Source: Atribacterota bacterium (GTDB lineage: Bacteria > Atribacterota > Phoenicimicrobiia > Phoenicimicrobiales > Stramentimicrobiaceae). From it: 64,000 bases of DNA. The notes beneath the pieces are model-generated. The model made no database searches. It was not told the DNA's origin and worked only from the letters and a program-made list of their open reading frames with translations. Shown here one piece after another: positions 51,710 to 62,374 of the stretch; the stretch's first letter is position 1, and each line of letters begins with the position of its first letter. The stretch is taken from assembly GCA_040767965.1 (NCBI GenBank), contig JAXGNR010000004.1:608001-672000 (forward strand), written 5' to 3'. Made by a program: the position numbers and the translations under genes.

Positions 51710-52937
51710 TTATATCTCCTCCTTTTTTCGAGACATATGCTGAAATATTACCTCTGTTTAATATTATTTCCAATAAATCATTATCTTTTACCTGTTTTTT
51801 ATCTTTAATAATTTCTTTGCCTTCTTTTTTATAACAAATACTATAACCCCTATTCAGTATAGATTTAGGGCTTAAAGAAATGATTTTATCTTTATAGTTT
51901 TTGATTTTATTTTCATTAATATCTATTATATGTTTTATACTGGTGTTTAGCCTGTTGGAAAAATCGTCAATTGTTTGAAAGTGTTGCAGTATTTTGTTTT
52001 TAGGGCTCTGATATTTCAGGTTTTTTATAGTGCTGATATATTCATGTTTTTTAATATCAAATATATGATTCATTATCCGATTTATTTTTTGATTTATCAG
52101 CTTTAAATGAGATAATAAGAAATTTTTATCCGGTATTGCAATTTCAGCTGCACCTGAGGGGGTTGGGGCTCTAAGATCAGCTACAAAGTCAGATATTGTA
52201 AAATCTGTTTCATGTCCTACAGCAGATATAATCGGGATTTTAGAGGCATATATTTCTCTTGCCAGTTTTTCATCATTAAAAGCCCATAATTCTTCAATAG
52301 ATCCCCCTCCTCGTCCAATAATTATAAAATCCAAATCAGGGATATTCTTATTCAAGAACTTAATATTAGCAGTAATTTGAGGCGCGGCTTCTTCCCCCTG
52401 GACCTGAGCGGGGACTACTATTATATGAATATTGGAGAACCTTCTTAAAGTAATGGAGATAATATCTCTAATTGCTGCTCCGGTGGGGGATGTTATAACT
52501 GCTATTTTATGTGGTAACTTTGGTAAATTTTTTTTATTTTCTTTTGCAAAAAAACCTTCGTTTTTTAGTTTTTCCTTTAAAGCCTCAAAAGCTGCAAAGA
52601 GAGCTCCTTTTCCTGCTTCAGACATTTGAAAAACGTAAAACTGATATTCTCCCCTTTTTTCATAAACACGAATATCTCCAGTAGCTCTTACTTCTAATCC
52701 ATCCCGAGGGTCAAAGGATAATCCAAGATTACTGCCTCTAAACATTACGCATCTTATTTGACTCTGATCATCTTTTAAAACAAAATACATATGTCCGGAA
52801 GAATGATATTTAAAGTTGCTTATTTCTCCGGTTATGGTTAAGTTATTCAATTGAGGATTTGAATTGAATAGTTTTTGAATGTACTTATTTATTTTGCTGA
52901 CTGTATATATTTTTTTTGTTTCTTTGCTTAAAATCAT
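51702..52937 (-). CDS. xseA: Exodeoxyribonuclease VII large subunit
   Basis: GEISNF, SGHMYFVLKD, RGGGSIEELWAFN, SAVGHETD, APTPS. Confidence 0.97.
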   Translation of the reverse strand: MILSKETKKIYTVSKINKYIQKLFNSNPQLNNLTITGEISNFKYHSSGHMYFVLKDDQSQIRCVMFRGSNLGLSFDPRDGLEVRATGDIRVYEKRGEYQFYVFQMSEAGKGALFAAFEALKEKLKNEGFFAKENKKNLPKLPHKIAVITSPTGAAIRDIISITLRRFSNIHIIVVPAQVQGEEAAPQITANIKFLNKNIPDLDFIIIGRGGGSIEELWAFNDEKLAREIYASKIPIISAVGHETDFTISDFVADLRAPTPSGAAEIAIPDKNFLLSHLKLINQKINRIMNHIFDIKKHEYISTIKNLKYQSPKNKILQHFQTIDDFSNRLNTSIKHIIDINENKIKNYKDKIISLSPKSILNRGYSICYKKEGKEIIKDKKQVKDNDLLEIILNRGNISAYVSKKGGDIND

Positions 52938-52949
52938 ATCATCTCTTAA

Positions 52950-53366
52950 TTAAACATTTTTTTCAATTTTACCTAAAACCCCATTCACAAAGCAAAAAGA
53001 GCTTTCTGTACTATATTTTTTTGACAGTTCAACTGCTTCATTAATCGAAACGCTTTTGGGGATATTTTCCATAAATACAATTTCATAGATAGCAATTCGC
53101 AATATGTTTCGATCAATATTAGCAATTCTTTCAATAGACCAGTGGCTGGCATGTTGTTTTATTAGAGGGTCTATTTTTTCAAGTTTACTTAATACTCCCC
53201 TTACTAGTTGAAGTGAAAAATTTATGATTGAATCTGGATCTTTCATCTTCATTATTTCTTCAATAGCAAAAGTGTAAGCGCTGACTTCATCTATGTTGCC
53301 ATGAGCCAGATCAATTTGGAAAAGAATCTTGAGCGCGATTTCTCTGGAAACTCTTCTATTTCCCAT
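52950..53366 (-). CDS. nusB: Transcription antitermination factor NusB
   Basis: RRVSREIAL, DRNILRIA, INEAVELSKKY, FVNGVL. Confidence 0.96.
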   Translation of the reverse strand: MGNRRVSREIALKILFQIDLAHGNIDEVSAYTFAIEEIMKMKDPDSIINFSLQLVRGVLSKLEKIDPLIKQHASHWSIERIANIDRNILRIAIYEIVFMENIPKSVSINEAVELSKKYSTESSFCFVNGVLGKIEKNV

Positions 53367-53400
53367 AAATTCCTCTTTTATATTTTCAATTTTGTCTTTT

Positions 53401-53826
53401 TTATTTAATTAAAAAAACTTCAGGTATTAAAAGAATATCTTTATGATTATTACTGTTCGGGTATCTGATTCCCTGGATATGAACATCAATATTAGTGATA
53501 TCCAAAAAGGTTATTTCTTTTATTTTTTCTTTTACTTTTGCCTGTATTTCCCAGGTAAGATCAGGAATTCTGATTCCATAGTAAATAATTAAAAAAAGAC
53601 TTAATGATATATCGCCAGGTTTTATCTCTATCCTGATTTCCTGACTTGGTAAATTTAATTTTTCCTGGTTATTTTTTTTAATTTTCTTACCAATATTTTT
53701 TAAGATAGAATTTTTTGGCTTATAAATGCCTTTAATTTCTTTTAAGGTATCCCGAACAATAGTTTCTATTGTTGTTTTATAGATATTAATATTGCCATTT
53801 TGCATTTTTACAGTTGCGAAATCCAT
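53401..53826 (-). CDS. Asp23/Gls24 family envelope stress protein
   Basis: YGIRIPDLTWEIQAKVKEKI...IDVHIQGI; efp-Asp23-nusB synteny. Confidence 0.85.
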   Translation of the reverse strand: MDFATVKMQNGNINIYKTTIETIVRDTLKEIKGIYKPKNSILKNIGKKIKKNNQEKLNLPSQEIRIEIKPGDISLSLFLIIYYGIRIPDLTWEIQAKVKEKIKEITFLDITNIDVHIQGIRYPNSNNHKDILLIPEVFLIK

Positions 53827-53881
53827 AATAAGCCTTTCCTTAAGCTTTCCTTGAACAATGAGTGTTCGATCAGAAATTTAT

Positions 53882-54439
53882 CTATGCTCTTTCCTGATAT
53901 TTTTTGTCTTTAGTGCTTATTTTTATAATATCACCTTCTTTAACAAAAAGAGGAACCTGTACTTCAGCACCAGTTTCCAGCGTGGCTGGTTTTAATGCGC
54001 CAGAAACTGTGTTGCCTTTTGCTCCCGGCATTGTTTTAATCACCTCTAGAGATATGCTGGCGGGCAGTTCAATACCAATTACCTTGTTATTCCAAAAAGT
54101 AATTTGAACATCATTACCTTCTTTAAGTATATCTGCATAATCGCCAATCATATCAATATTGACAAGTACTTGCTCAAAAGTATCTTTGTCCATAAAATAA
54201 TAATTATGGCCATCATTGTAAAGATATTGCATGTCTTTTCTATCAATAATTGCCTGTTCAAATTTTTCACCAGCTCTAAATGTTCTATCTAAAACAGCTC
54301 CTGTTTGTATATTTTTTAGTTTAGTTCTGACAAATGCTCCACCTTTGCCGGGCTTTACATGTTGAAATTCAACAATTGTATAAAGATCCTGGTCAAGTTC
54401 GATACTTAATCCATTTTTAAAGTCGCTAGTAGATATCAA
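53882..54439 (-). CDS. efp: Elongation factor P
   Basis: HVKPGKGGAFVRTK, KPATLETG, VPLFV; TTG start at 54439 behind SD GGAGG. Confidence 0.97.
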   Translation of the reverse strand: MISTSDFKNGLSIELDQDLYTIVEFQHVKPGKGGAFVRTKLKNIQTGAVLDRTFRAGEKFEQAIIDRKDMQYLYNDGHNYYFMDKDTFEQVLVNIDMIGDYADILKEGNDVQITFWNNKVIGIELPASISLEVIKTMPGAKGNTVSGALKPATLETGAEVQVPLFVKEGDIIKISTKDKKYQERA

Positions 54440-54552
54440 GGTATTTTCCTCCAATGTGTTAATAAATATAAAATCATTATAACATAATGTATTTAAGCAA
54501 ATTTAAATGTATTTATAAATATCTTTGCTTAATTTTATGCTATCTAATATGA

Positions 54553-55779
54553 TTATTCTACAAATTTTTTACAAAGGTTCTTTACTTCATTTAAAACATC
54601 TTGCTTTACTTTTTCATTATCAATATTAGTTAAAACTTTGTTTATTAATTCTGCAATATAAATCATCTCATTCTCTTTCATGCCTCTTGTGGTCATAGCT
54701 GGAGTACCAATGCGAATCCCGCTGGTTACCATAGGAGGTTGAGTGTCAAACGGAACAGCATTTTTATTAACCGTTATCCCTGATTCTTCTAGAGATTTTT
54801 CAGCCACTTTCCCTGTAATTCCTTTATTTCGCAAATCAACAAGCATTAAATGGTTATCAGTTCCGCCTGAGACTAATTTATAGTCCATTGACATTAATTT
54901 TTCTGCCAATGCAGAAGCATTTCTTTTAATCTGCTTTTGGTAAGTAACAAAGCTAGCAGAAAAAGCCTGTTTAAAACAAACTGCTTTTGCAGCAATCACA
55001 TGCATTAATGGACCCCCTTGAATGCCGGGGAAAATACTTTTATCTACTGTTTTAGCAAGATCTTTTTGACAGAGTATCAATCCTCCTCTAGGGCCACGCA
55101 ATGTTTTGTGTGTTGTAGTTGTTACAAAGTGGCAATAAGGGATTGGACTAACATGCTCACCGGTAACTATTAAACCGGCAATATGTGCGATATCAGCCAT
55201 GAGATAAGCTCCAACTTCATCAGCTATTTCTCTGAATTTAGCGAAATTTATTTCTCTGGGATAAGCACTTGCTCCTGTAACAATCATTTTGGGTTTGTTT
55301 TCAATTGCCAATTGTTTTACTTGTTCATAATCAATTCTGCCGGTATCTTGCTGTACACCATAAGGGATTATATTGTACATCTTTCCAGAAAAATTAACAG
55401 GGCTACCATGTGTCAAATGTCCACCATGAGAAAGATTCATAGACAAAATAGTATCACCTGGCTGCAAAACGCTAAAATATACAGACATGTTTGCCTGTGA
55501 ACCGGAATGAGGTTGAACATTTGCATGGTCAGCAGAAAAAAGTTTTTTAGCTCTTTCAATAGCCAGAGTTTCTATCTCATCAATAAACTGACATCCTCCA
55601 TAATATTTTTTTCCAGGATACCCTTCTGCGTACTTGTTTGTTAAGACAGAACCCTGGGCTTCCAAAATAGCATCATCTACAAAATTTTCAGAAGCTATCA
55701 GCTCTATGGTATATTTTTGTCTTTCTTCTTCTTTTTGAATCAAATCAAAAATTTCTTTATCTATATTTTTCAAACTCAA
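54553..55779 (-). CDS. glyA: Serine hydroxymethyltransferase
   Basis: [36 protein letters not shown]. Confidence 0.98.
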   Translation of the reverse strand: MSLKNIDKEIFDLIQKEEERQKYTIELIASENFVDDAILEAQGSVLTNKYAEGYPGKKYYGGCQFIDEIETLAIERAKKLFSADHANVQPHSGSQANMSVYFSVLQPGDTILSMNLSHGGHLTHGSPVNFSGKMYNIIPYGVQQDTGRIDYEQVKQLAIENKPKMIVTGASAYPREINFAKFREIADEVGAYLMADIAHIAGLIVTGEHVSPIPYCHFVTTTTHKTLRGPRGGLILCQKDLAKTVDKSIFPGIQGGPLMHVIAAKAVCFKQAFSASFVTYQKQIKRNASALAEKLMSMDYKLVSGGTDNHLMLVDLRNKGITGKVAEKSLEESGITVNKNAVPFDTQPPMVTSGIRIGTPAMTTRGMKENEMIYIAELINKVLTNIDNEKVKQDVLNEVKNLCKKFVE

Positions 55780-55825
55780 AGGAATACCTCCTATTTTTAT
55801 ATATTAATTTATACTTATAAATATT

Positions 55826-56923
55826 TTAATCAAGATAAGAACTTATTCTAATTTCTTTTGGTAATAATGTTAAGATATCGCATCCCTTTTCAGTGATAAC
55901 GACTGTATCTTCAATTCTCACTCCTCCAATCCCGGGAACATATATGCCTGGTTCCACAGTAACTACCATTCCAGGCTCTAATGTAGTATGATCATTTGGA
56001 CTGAGTCTTGGCAATTCATGAATATCCAATCCGACTCCATGCCCTAAAGAATGTCCAAAATACTCACCATAACCGGCTGTTGTAATTATATTTCTTGCAA
56101 AAATATCAAGGTCAGAGCATTTTACCCCAGGTTTTATTTTTTGAAGCGTATCTATTTGAGTCTTTTTTATTATGTCAAAGATCTTTTGCTGCTTATCATT
56201 TGGAGTTCCTTTTATAAAAGATCTGGTGCAGTCAGAACAATACATTTCTAATATACAACCGAAATCTATAATAACAAGCTCATTGTCTTTGATGATTTTT
56301 TCAGAGGGCTGTCCATGTATCAAAAGTCCTCTTTCGCCTGAAGTAACAATTAAATCAAAAGACTCTTTGAAAGCGCCATTTTTTCGCATTTTGTAATTTA
56401 AAAGTGCAGCTACAGATAATTCACTATCATTTCCTTTAATGGAAGAAATGGTTTGTAGGAAAGATTTGGTAGCAATCTCACATGACTTTTTCAAAATCTC
56501 AATCTCCGTAGAATCTTTAATTACTCTGATTTTTTCAATAATATTTTCAAAAGGATACAATGCTATATTAGCTAAAATTTTTTCATACTTTTGAAAATCT
56601 TTAAATGTCATGGAAGCAGATTCGAACCCCAATGTTTTTATTTTATAACCTAAGGATAATTGATAAATTAATATTATTTGAGAATCAGGTTCTTTAATGT
56701 CTTGTGTGATAATCTCACAGTTTACTGTTTCTATTTTTGCCTGTTCTGTATAGCGAGGATCGGTAATAAGGAAATTAGACTCCCTGGTTAATAATAATAA
56801 ACCTTCTCCAGTAAAAGAAGATAAATAAAAAATATTTTTTGGGTTACTTACCAGAAAGGCATCAATCTGCAAAGGATTAGCATTTAATGCATTCCATAAT
56901 TTAGATAATCTATTTTTTTTCAA
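55826..56923 (-). CDS. Xaa-Pro aminopeptidase (M24 family)
   Basis: DFG...[37 protein letters not shown]. Confidence 0.93.
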   Translation of the reverse strand: MKKNRLSKLWNALNANPLQIDAFLVSNPKNIFYLSSFTGEGLLLLTRESNFLITDPRYTEQAKIETVNCEIITQDIKEPDSQIILIYQLSLGYKIKTLGFESASMTFKDFQKYEKILANIALYPFENIIEKIRVIKDSTEIEILKKSCEIATKSFLQTISSIKGNDSELSVAALLNYKMRKNGAFKESFDLIVTSGERGLLIHGQPSEKIIKDNELVIIDFGCILEMYCSDCTRSFIKGTPNDKQQKIFDIIKKTQIDTLQKIKPGVKCSDLDIFARNIITTAGYGEYFGHSLGHGVGLDIHELPRLSPNDHTTLEPGMVVTVEPGIYVPGIGGVRIEDTVVITEKGCDILTLLPKEIRISSYLD

Positions 56924-57057
56924 AGTGCTTCAACCTCACAAGTAAAAATAAGAAAATTCTATTATTCTGGAAAATATCTTCATTTAATCAGATATTTTAT
57001 GAATAGTAAATTTAATTATTCATAAAATCTAATGCTAATTATACTTGTATTTATTTC

Positions 57058-58407
57058 CTAAATGCAAATTTTTTCACCTATCAAATTGTATGGATAAGCT
57101 TTTGATATTCGCACATTAATCCATTTTCCGATATCTGCTTCAGATCCGTTTATTACTAATATATAGCCATCAATATCAGGCGCCTCTGAACAGGAACGAC
57201 CAGTCAAGACATTTTTATTGTTTTCTGACCATCCATCAATTAACACTTGTTTGACTTTACCTATCTGGTTTGACTGGTTTTGAGTTGATATTTTTTGCTG
57301 TAAACTCATTAATTTATCTAATCTTGTTTTTTTTATTTTTTCGGAAATCTGGTCTGGGTATTTACTGGCAGGGCATTCATCTTCATTGTAAAAAGGGAAT
57401 ACTCCTACTCTTTCTAATTTATATTCTGCAATAAAATCATATAATTCCTGAAAATCAGTTTCTGTTTCTCCCGGAAAACCAACAATAAAAGTGCTTCTGA
57501 TTGTTAAATTGGAAATGCGGGTACGCAAATTTTTAATCAGATTTATAATATAAGCTTTGTCTATTTTTCGATTCATTTTTTTTAGAATATTATCACTGAT
57601 ATGCTGTAATGGAATGTCTAAATAATTGCAAATATTAGGGTTGCTGCTGATAGTGTCAATCAATTTATCATCATAATGCTCTGGGTGTGTATATAATAAT
57701 CTAATTTTAATTTCTTTGTTTCTTATAATTTTTGTAAGATTTTCCAACAAATCTGCCAAAGCAGGTTTTCCGAAAAGGTCTTTACCATAATAAGTAGTAT
57801 CTTCTGCAACTAAAATCAGCTCTCTTAAAGAATTATTTCTAATAATTTTTTCTGTTTCTGTTAAAAGTGATTCAATAGTCCTGCTGCGATATTTTCCTCT
57901 TATTTTTGGGATCAGGCAGTATGTACATTTATTATTACATCCTTCAGCGATCTTGAGATAAGCATAGTGATTTGGAGTTAGCAAAAAACGAGGATGGGTG
58001 TCATCATAAAGCTTACCCGGATTAGGGCTAATCTTGCAAATAGGTAAAGATTTTTGCTGGAGGTCATTTATAATATTATCTATCATGTCTATCTCGTCAA
58101 CACCAATAAAAGCGTCTACTTCTGGCAATGATTCTATTAAGTCTTTAGAAGAATATCTCTGAGATAAACATCCGGCGACAATAATATGTTTTATTTTTCC
58201 TTCATTTTTAAGTCTGATTGCATTAAGAATAGCATCAATTGATTCTTCAACTGCCGGCTTGATAAAGCTACAGGTGTTGATTAGAGCTATATCTGCATTT
58301 TCAATATCATTTGTTATGCTAAAATTATTTTTCAATAAATAACCGCAAATAATCTCACTGTCAACAGAGTTTTTAGGGCATCCAAGTGATTGAATACAAA
58401 TTAACAT
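57058..58407 (-). CDS. rimO: Ribosomal protein S12 methylthiotransferase
   Basis: SLGCPKNSVDSE, YLKIAEGCNNKCTYC, RLLYTHP, APDIDG; start at ATG 58407. Confidence 0.95.
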   Translation of the reverse strand: MLICIQSLGCPKNSVDSEIICGYLLKNNFSITNDIENADIALINTCSFIKPAVEESIDAILNAIRLKNEGKIKHIIVAGCLSQRYSSKDLIESLPEVDAFIGVDEIDMIDNIINDLQQKSLPICKISPNPGKLYDDTHPRFLLTPNHYAYLKIAEGCNNKCTYCLIPKIRGKYRSRTIESLLTETEKIIRNNSLRELILVAEDTTYYGKDLFGKPALADLLENLTKIIRNKEIKIRLLYTHPEHYDDKLIDTISSNPNICNYLDIPLQHISDNILKKMNRKIDKAYIINLIKNLRTRISNLTIRSTFIVGFPGETETDFQELYDFIAEYKLERVGVFPFYNEDECPASKYPDQISEKIKKTRLDKLMSLQQKISTQNQSNQIGKVKQVLIDGWSENNKNVLTGRSCSEAPDIDGYILVINGSEADIGKWINVRISKAYPYNLIGEKICI

Positions 58408-58544
58408 AAAATTACTAACCTTATAAATTATTTTTATAATACTGCAGTATTTTATCATCATAAAAACAAGGTGTAAATAAAAAAACATGTTTAGCTGTAA
58501 TTTAAAATGCTTTAACACATTTTTTGTAATATATATTACTTGCT

Positions 58545-58579
58545 AAAAAATAAGGCAAGCTAAAAACTTGCCTTATTTT
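58545..58579 (-). terminator. Intrinsic terminator after the baeRF gene
   Basis: AAAATAAGGCAAG-7nt-CTTGCCTTATTTT with T-run. Confidence 0.75.
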
Positions 58580-58619
58580 CATATTTAAATATAAAATATT
58601 TATTTATAGTATTTTAAAT

Positions 58620-59780
58620 TTAAAATCTATATATAGCTAGTATGTCTTCTCCATCTGGCATTTGTTCTTCATCTAATACATACACCTGGCCGCCATTTAA
58701 AATAGTATTGATAGCAGCAAAATTGTAGAGATCATAAAAGTCATTTTCTTTTGCTTCGTTTGCTATTAATTGAACTGTATTGTTTTCAGAATCAAATTTG
58801 CCATACTGGGAAATGTTGTTTTTTATCACCAAATTATCTATTCTGCTAAAACAGGAAGCAGAGACGATATCTTCCAGCTGAGTTGATGTTTTGCCTGTTC
58901 CTTTTAAATCATTATAAATTCTGTCTATTTCAGATATCTGTTTTTTAAAATATTCAAAAGCAATTTCCCTTGTTTTTTTATTAATTGCATCTGGAGGAAT
59001 ATCATCAGGGTTTCCTTCAACGCTATTATCAAGCAAATAAGGATAAGTATTTATTTCTTTGTAAATCGGGAAAAGTTCTTTCACGCACATAACAATTAAC
59101 GGTGTTTTCTGTTTACCAACTTTCTGATTAAGATATTTAGTTAATCCCTGGTCAATCATTCTAAAATACTGTAAAAGTTCTTCTTTTCTCTCATCATCAA
59201 CTACGCCCTGACCATGGAATATCGCTTTGCCACCGGAATGAGAATGATATTGCAAAGTTTTTTCAGTATCGACATATTGCAAAATATCCTGGAGGCTTTC
59301 AGGCATTCCATCTATATCTAACTTTTCCACTGATCTTTTAGTACAAAGATATACGTTGTTTGCATTTTTACTCAGTGATAACACGTAATAATTATTATTA
59401 AACATAACTTCAGGCAGTAAAGAGATAATATCGAAGTATTTATTAACAGTTGTCTTTTCAGGCATTTCGTTGGAAACCCGGAAATAAGAAAAATAATTCT
59501 CATTAATAAAAATTGCCAGACCTTCTTTCTGATTTTGCCAGAAAATCCTATCTTCAACCAGGTCTGCAGCCGGTTTAAGTATTTTTTCTATTTCTTTATT
59601 GTCAATTCCATATTCTTCTTCTAAGATTTTTCGTGTTGTATTGAGTAGATTTTTTAGTTGGATGGACATTTTTTTGACTTCACTGCTTGCAGCTGCCCTT
59701 GTGGGCATATAAATTGAAATGCTGGGTTCTTGTTTTTGCTCAATAAGACTATTAATTACTTTTTTAGTGACTTCTTTCAC
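58620..59780 (-). CDS. Bacterial archaeo-eukaryotic release factor (baeRF3/7-like) protein
   Basis: SISIYMPT, LKNLL, FWQNQKEGLAIF, YVLSLS, IFHGQG, YFRMID, GNPD, TILNGGQVY...AIYRF; GTG start at 59780 behind GGAGG. Confidence 0.8.
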   Translation of the reverse strand: MKEVTKKVINSLIEQKQEPSISIYMPTRAAASSEVKKMSIQLKNLLNTTRKILEEEYGIDNKEIEKILKPAADLVEDRIFWQNQKEGLAIFINENYFSYFRVSNEMPEKTTVNKYFDIISLLPEVMFNNNYYVLSLSKNANNVYLCTKRSVEKLDIDGMPESLQDILQYVDTEKTLQYHSHSGGKAIFHGQGVVDDERKEELLQYFRMIDQGLTKYLNQKVGKQKTPLIVMCVKELFPIYKEINTYPYLLDNSVEGNPDDIPPDAINKKTREIAFEYFKKQISEIDRIYNDLKGTGKTSTQLEDIVSASCFSRIDNLVIKNNISQYGKFDSENNTVQLIANEAKENDFYDLYNFAAINTILNGGQVYVLDEEQMPDGEDILAIYRF

Positions 59781-60015
59781 GGAATATCCCTCCAATTTTT
59801 TAAATTTTTTAAGTTTATATAAGTAAGTTCATACCTATATTGTATAGGTATTTTAATTATTATGCAATTCCTTTTAAATTAGAGTAATGCAGGTGAAAAT
59901 ATTTTTCATTTATATTTTTATGCAAGAATAATAAAAAAAGATGATATGAATATTATAGGCTTATAATATTGGCTCCGGACTGGTACTATTTTATATTTAT
60001 TAAAAGATCTTAATA

Positions 60016-60372
60016 TTATCTTTTATAATAATATTGTTTGAATTTTTGTTTCATCTCATTATCAATTGCCTGAACATGTTTTTCCACTACATCTGGAGGG
60101 CTTAGATTAACAAGCAATTTCATGCAGACATAAAATATAACAACATCTTCTATCCATCCGATAAAAGGTAAAAATATAATCGGAATTATATCTATTGGGG
60201 ACAAAACATAAAGAAAAGCACCATAAGAAATAATTTTAAGATATAAAGGAACTTTTTTATCTCTTACCAGTCGAAAAGCAAGCTTAAAAAAATTTGGAAT
60301 ATGCATTAACACACGTATCCAAAAATATTTTTTCTTTAATTTTTGATATTCTTCATTTTGGTAATTATTCAT
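60016..60372 (-). CDS. YkvA/DUF1232 family small membrane protein
   Basis: DKKVPLYLK, YVLSPIDIIP...PFIGWIED. Confidence 0.88.
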   Translation of the reverse strand: MNNYQNEEYQKLKKKYFWIRVLMHIPNFFKLAFRLVRDKKVPLYLKIISYGAFLYVLSPIDIIPIIFLPFIGWIEDVVIFYVCMKLLVNLSPPDVVEKHVQAIDNEMKQKFKQYYYKR

Positions 60373-60546
60373 TTAATGATTAAGTTTCCTTTTCTTTAAT
60401 AATGTTATTTTTAAAGAATGATAACATTTTTGTTAATTTAGTTTAATTGGTGTTAAGGTTTAGAAAATAATAATCTGGAAAATAACTGATATTTATTATA
60501 TTTTACCCTATAACAGATTTTACAGCAAAGGCAATTCATGTCAATA

Positions 60547-60605
60547 AAAAATCCCGAAAAAGAGTTGAAAGACTATTGAAGTCTCTTCCCTGTTTCGGGA
60601 TTTTT
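60547..60605. terminator. Terminator hairpin downstream of the PKD lipoprotein gene
   Basis: AAAAATCCCGAAA...TTTCGGGATTTTT inverted repeat, inner AGACT/AGTCT stem, T-runs on both strands. Confidence 0.7.
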
Positions 60606-60625
60606 CATTAATTTATCTTAATAAG

Positions 60626-60652
60626 TTGTCAAAAGAACCGTCCCCGTGACAA
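60626..60652. repeat. REP-like palindromic element TTGTCA-AAAGAACCGTCCCCG-TGACAA
   Basis: 6-bp inverted arms around a GC-rich asymmetric core; supplies the stop codon of the lipoprotein gene. Confidence 0.55.
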
Positions 60653-62227
60653 AGTTAAGCTAAGGGTGGCAATTCCGTTAATTGTACTAGCTGTATCAGA
60701 AGAAAGAGTACCACTGTTGGCATAGAAATAAACTACTGTTCCATTTTCCACAGTGTTTCCTTCTGAATCAAGCACAATAGCTTGTATTGTTGATGTACCG
60801 CCTGGTACATTTGATTCAGGATTGGCATTTAAAGTAATTGATTCTATTTCCAGATCCTCTTCACCTATGCATTCAACTTCAACTGTTCCAGATACTGAGC
60901 CAATAAAGGCAGTTACTGTTGCCGTATCACCAGTTTGCATGGATGCACTTAGTTCTAAATCGACAGTTGCCATACCATTTATAGTATTAGCAGAATTAGC
61001 GAAAAGTGTACCACTGTTGGTAATAAAGTAAACAGCAGTCCCATCAGGTACAAATTGACCACCAGTATCAGTAACGATTGCGGTAATAGTTGATGTACCA
61101 CCTGCAATATTGGATCCAGGATTTGCATTTAATGTAATACTATCTACACCTGGCTCCTCTTCTGAAGTCACAGTAATTACAACAGTGGCATACCCAACTT
61201 TACCATTGGTATCAGTAACAGATAAAATAACCACATATGTATCGGGTTCTTCAAAAGTATGTGTAGTAGCAATACCTGTTCCGTTAGAGCCATCTCCAAA
61301 GTCCCAGTTATAACTATCAATTGAACATCCACAATCAGTTTCATTGCTCACAGAAGAGCCAGAACCGTCAAAAGCAACTGTAAATGGTGCATTACCTGTT
61401 GTAGAAGGTGATACCTGAATACTTGCAGTCGGAGAACCAACAGCTGAATCTCCAACATTTATTACAACTGTTGCGTATCCTTTATTTCCCCAATAATCAG
61501 TTACAGTTAATTTTGCAATGTAACCGCCTGAAACATAAGTATGTGCAGGTGGCATTACTCCAGTTCCTGTTGAACCGTCACCAAAATCCCAACTATAGCT
61601 AGCAATTCCCCGGTCGTCTGTCGATTGGGAAGCATCAAACTGTACAGTAAAAGGAGCATTACCGGTAGTATCCGGAGTGACATTAATAACTGCATTTGGT
61701 GGCACAAAATCTATTCCAGGTTCAACTGCCGGTAAATCAAAAGTTACAGATTTATTAATTTTGTGTCCGGCGCCATCAGTGCCAATCAAGGTGATAGTAC
61801 AGGTTATTTCAGTAATAAGGGGGTTGGATATAACATAATCCGCTACTTCTTTATAGTATAAAGGTAAGTTTTCAATTTCAGTAATACTTCCGGGCGTGCC
61901 AACTGAAGTTGCCGGGGCAACATAAAAAACAGTTCCAACTGTTCTGGATAAAGATGGAATTAATGTTCCTTTATTATGATATTTATAACTAAACCCTTCG
62001 CCGATAAATTCAACTTGGTTTAATGAATAAACCTCTAAGTCGATTGTTCCACCTTCGTCAGAAAAGTCAATTTCAGTAAAATTGACACGAATTTGAGCTT
62101 TGGGATCAAAAACATTTATAATGCCTTCTCCAAACCAGTTACAACCGGCCAGCAATACAGAAAATAATATTAATATTGATAAAAACAGTATAAGTTTCCT
62201 TTTTTCTTTTAAAATATTCTTCCGCAA
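60629..62227 (-). CDS. Lipoprotein with two PKD domains and two Big-1 (invasin-type Ig) domains, the last truncated
   Basis: Lipobox LLAGC, two WDFGDGS motifs, two SITLNANP...GGTSTI...DG/NGTxVYF repeats; the second ends early in RGRFF*. Confidence 0.85.
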   Translation of the reverse strand: MRKNILKEKRKLILFLSILILFSVLLAGCNWFGEGIINVFDPKAQIRVNFTEIDFSDEGGTIDLEVYSLNQVEFIGEGFSYKYHNKGTLIPSLSRTVGTVFYVAPATSVGTPGSITEIENLPLYYKEVADYVISNPLITEITCTITLIGTDGAGHKINKSVTFDLPAVEPGIDFVPPNAVINVTPDTTGNAPFTVQFDASQSTDDRGIASYSWDFGDGSTGTGVMPPAHTYVSGGYIAKLTVTDYWGNKGYATVVINVGDSAVGSPTASIQVSPSTTGNAPFTVAFDGSGSSVSNETDCGCSIDSYNWDFGDGSNGTGIATTHTFEEPDTYVVILSVTDTNGKVGYATVVITVTSEEEPGVDSITLNANPGSNIAGGTSTITAIVTDTGGQFVPDGTAVYFITNSGTLFANSANTINGMATVDLELSASMQTGDTATVTAFIGSVSGTVEVECIGEEDLEIESITLNANPESNVPGGTSTIQAIVLDSEGNTVENGTVVYFYANSGTLSSDTASTINGIATLSLTLSRGRFF

Positions 62228-62264
62228 TCCCTTTCCCTCCCTTTTTTTAATTTAACCGGAGATT

Positions 62265-62352
62265 AAATTGGTATTTGGTATATATAGTATTGAGTATATA
62301 GTATAAAATATGTACATAAATTAGTGTATCGAGTAATAAATATAGTATCCAA
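62265..62352. repeat. Degenerate 7-nt-period array (TAtnnAG)n, downstream flank of the four-helix-bundle gene
   Basis: TATTTGG, TATATAG, TATTGAG, TATATAG, TATAAAA ... TATCGAG. Confidence 0.7.
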
Positions 62353-62374
62353 TATTTATGTAATTTAAGTTATT

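Noticed and set aside
53853-53867. GAAC...GTTC as a LexA (Cheo) box
   Set aside because: Spacer is 7 nt rather than 4, and it precedes the Asp23 gene; no such box was seen before recA either
58408-58518. Apparent N-terminal extensions on RimO, ValS, DnaK, Tig, S20, ClpX and EF-P in the ORF track
   Set aside because: Artefacts of longest-ORF start calling; downstream starts fit SD position and family N-termini better
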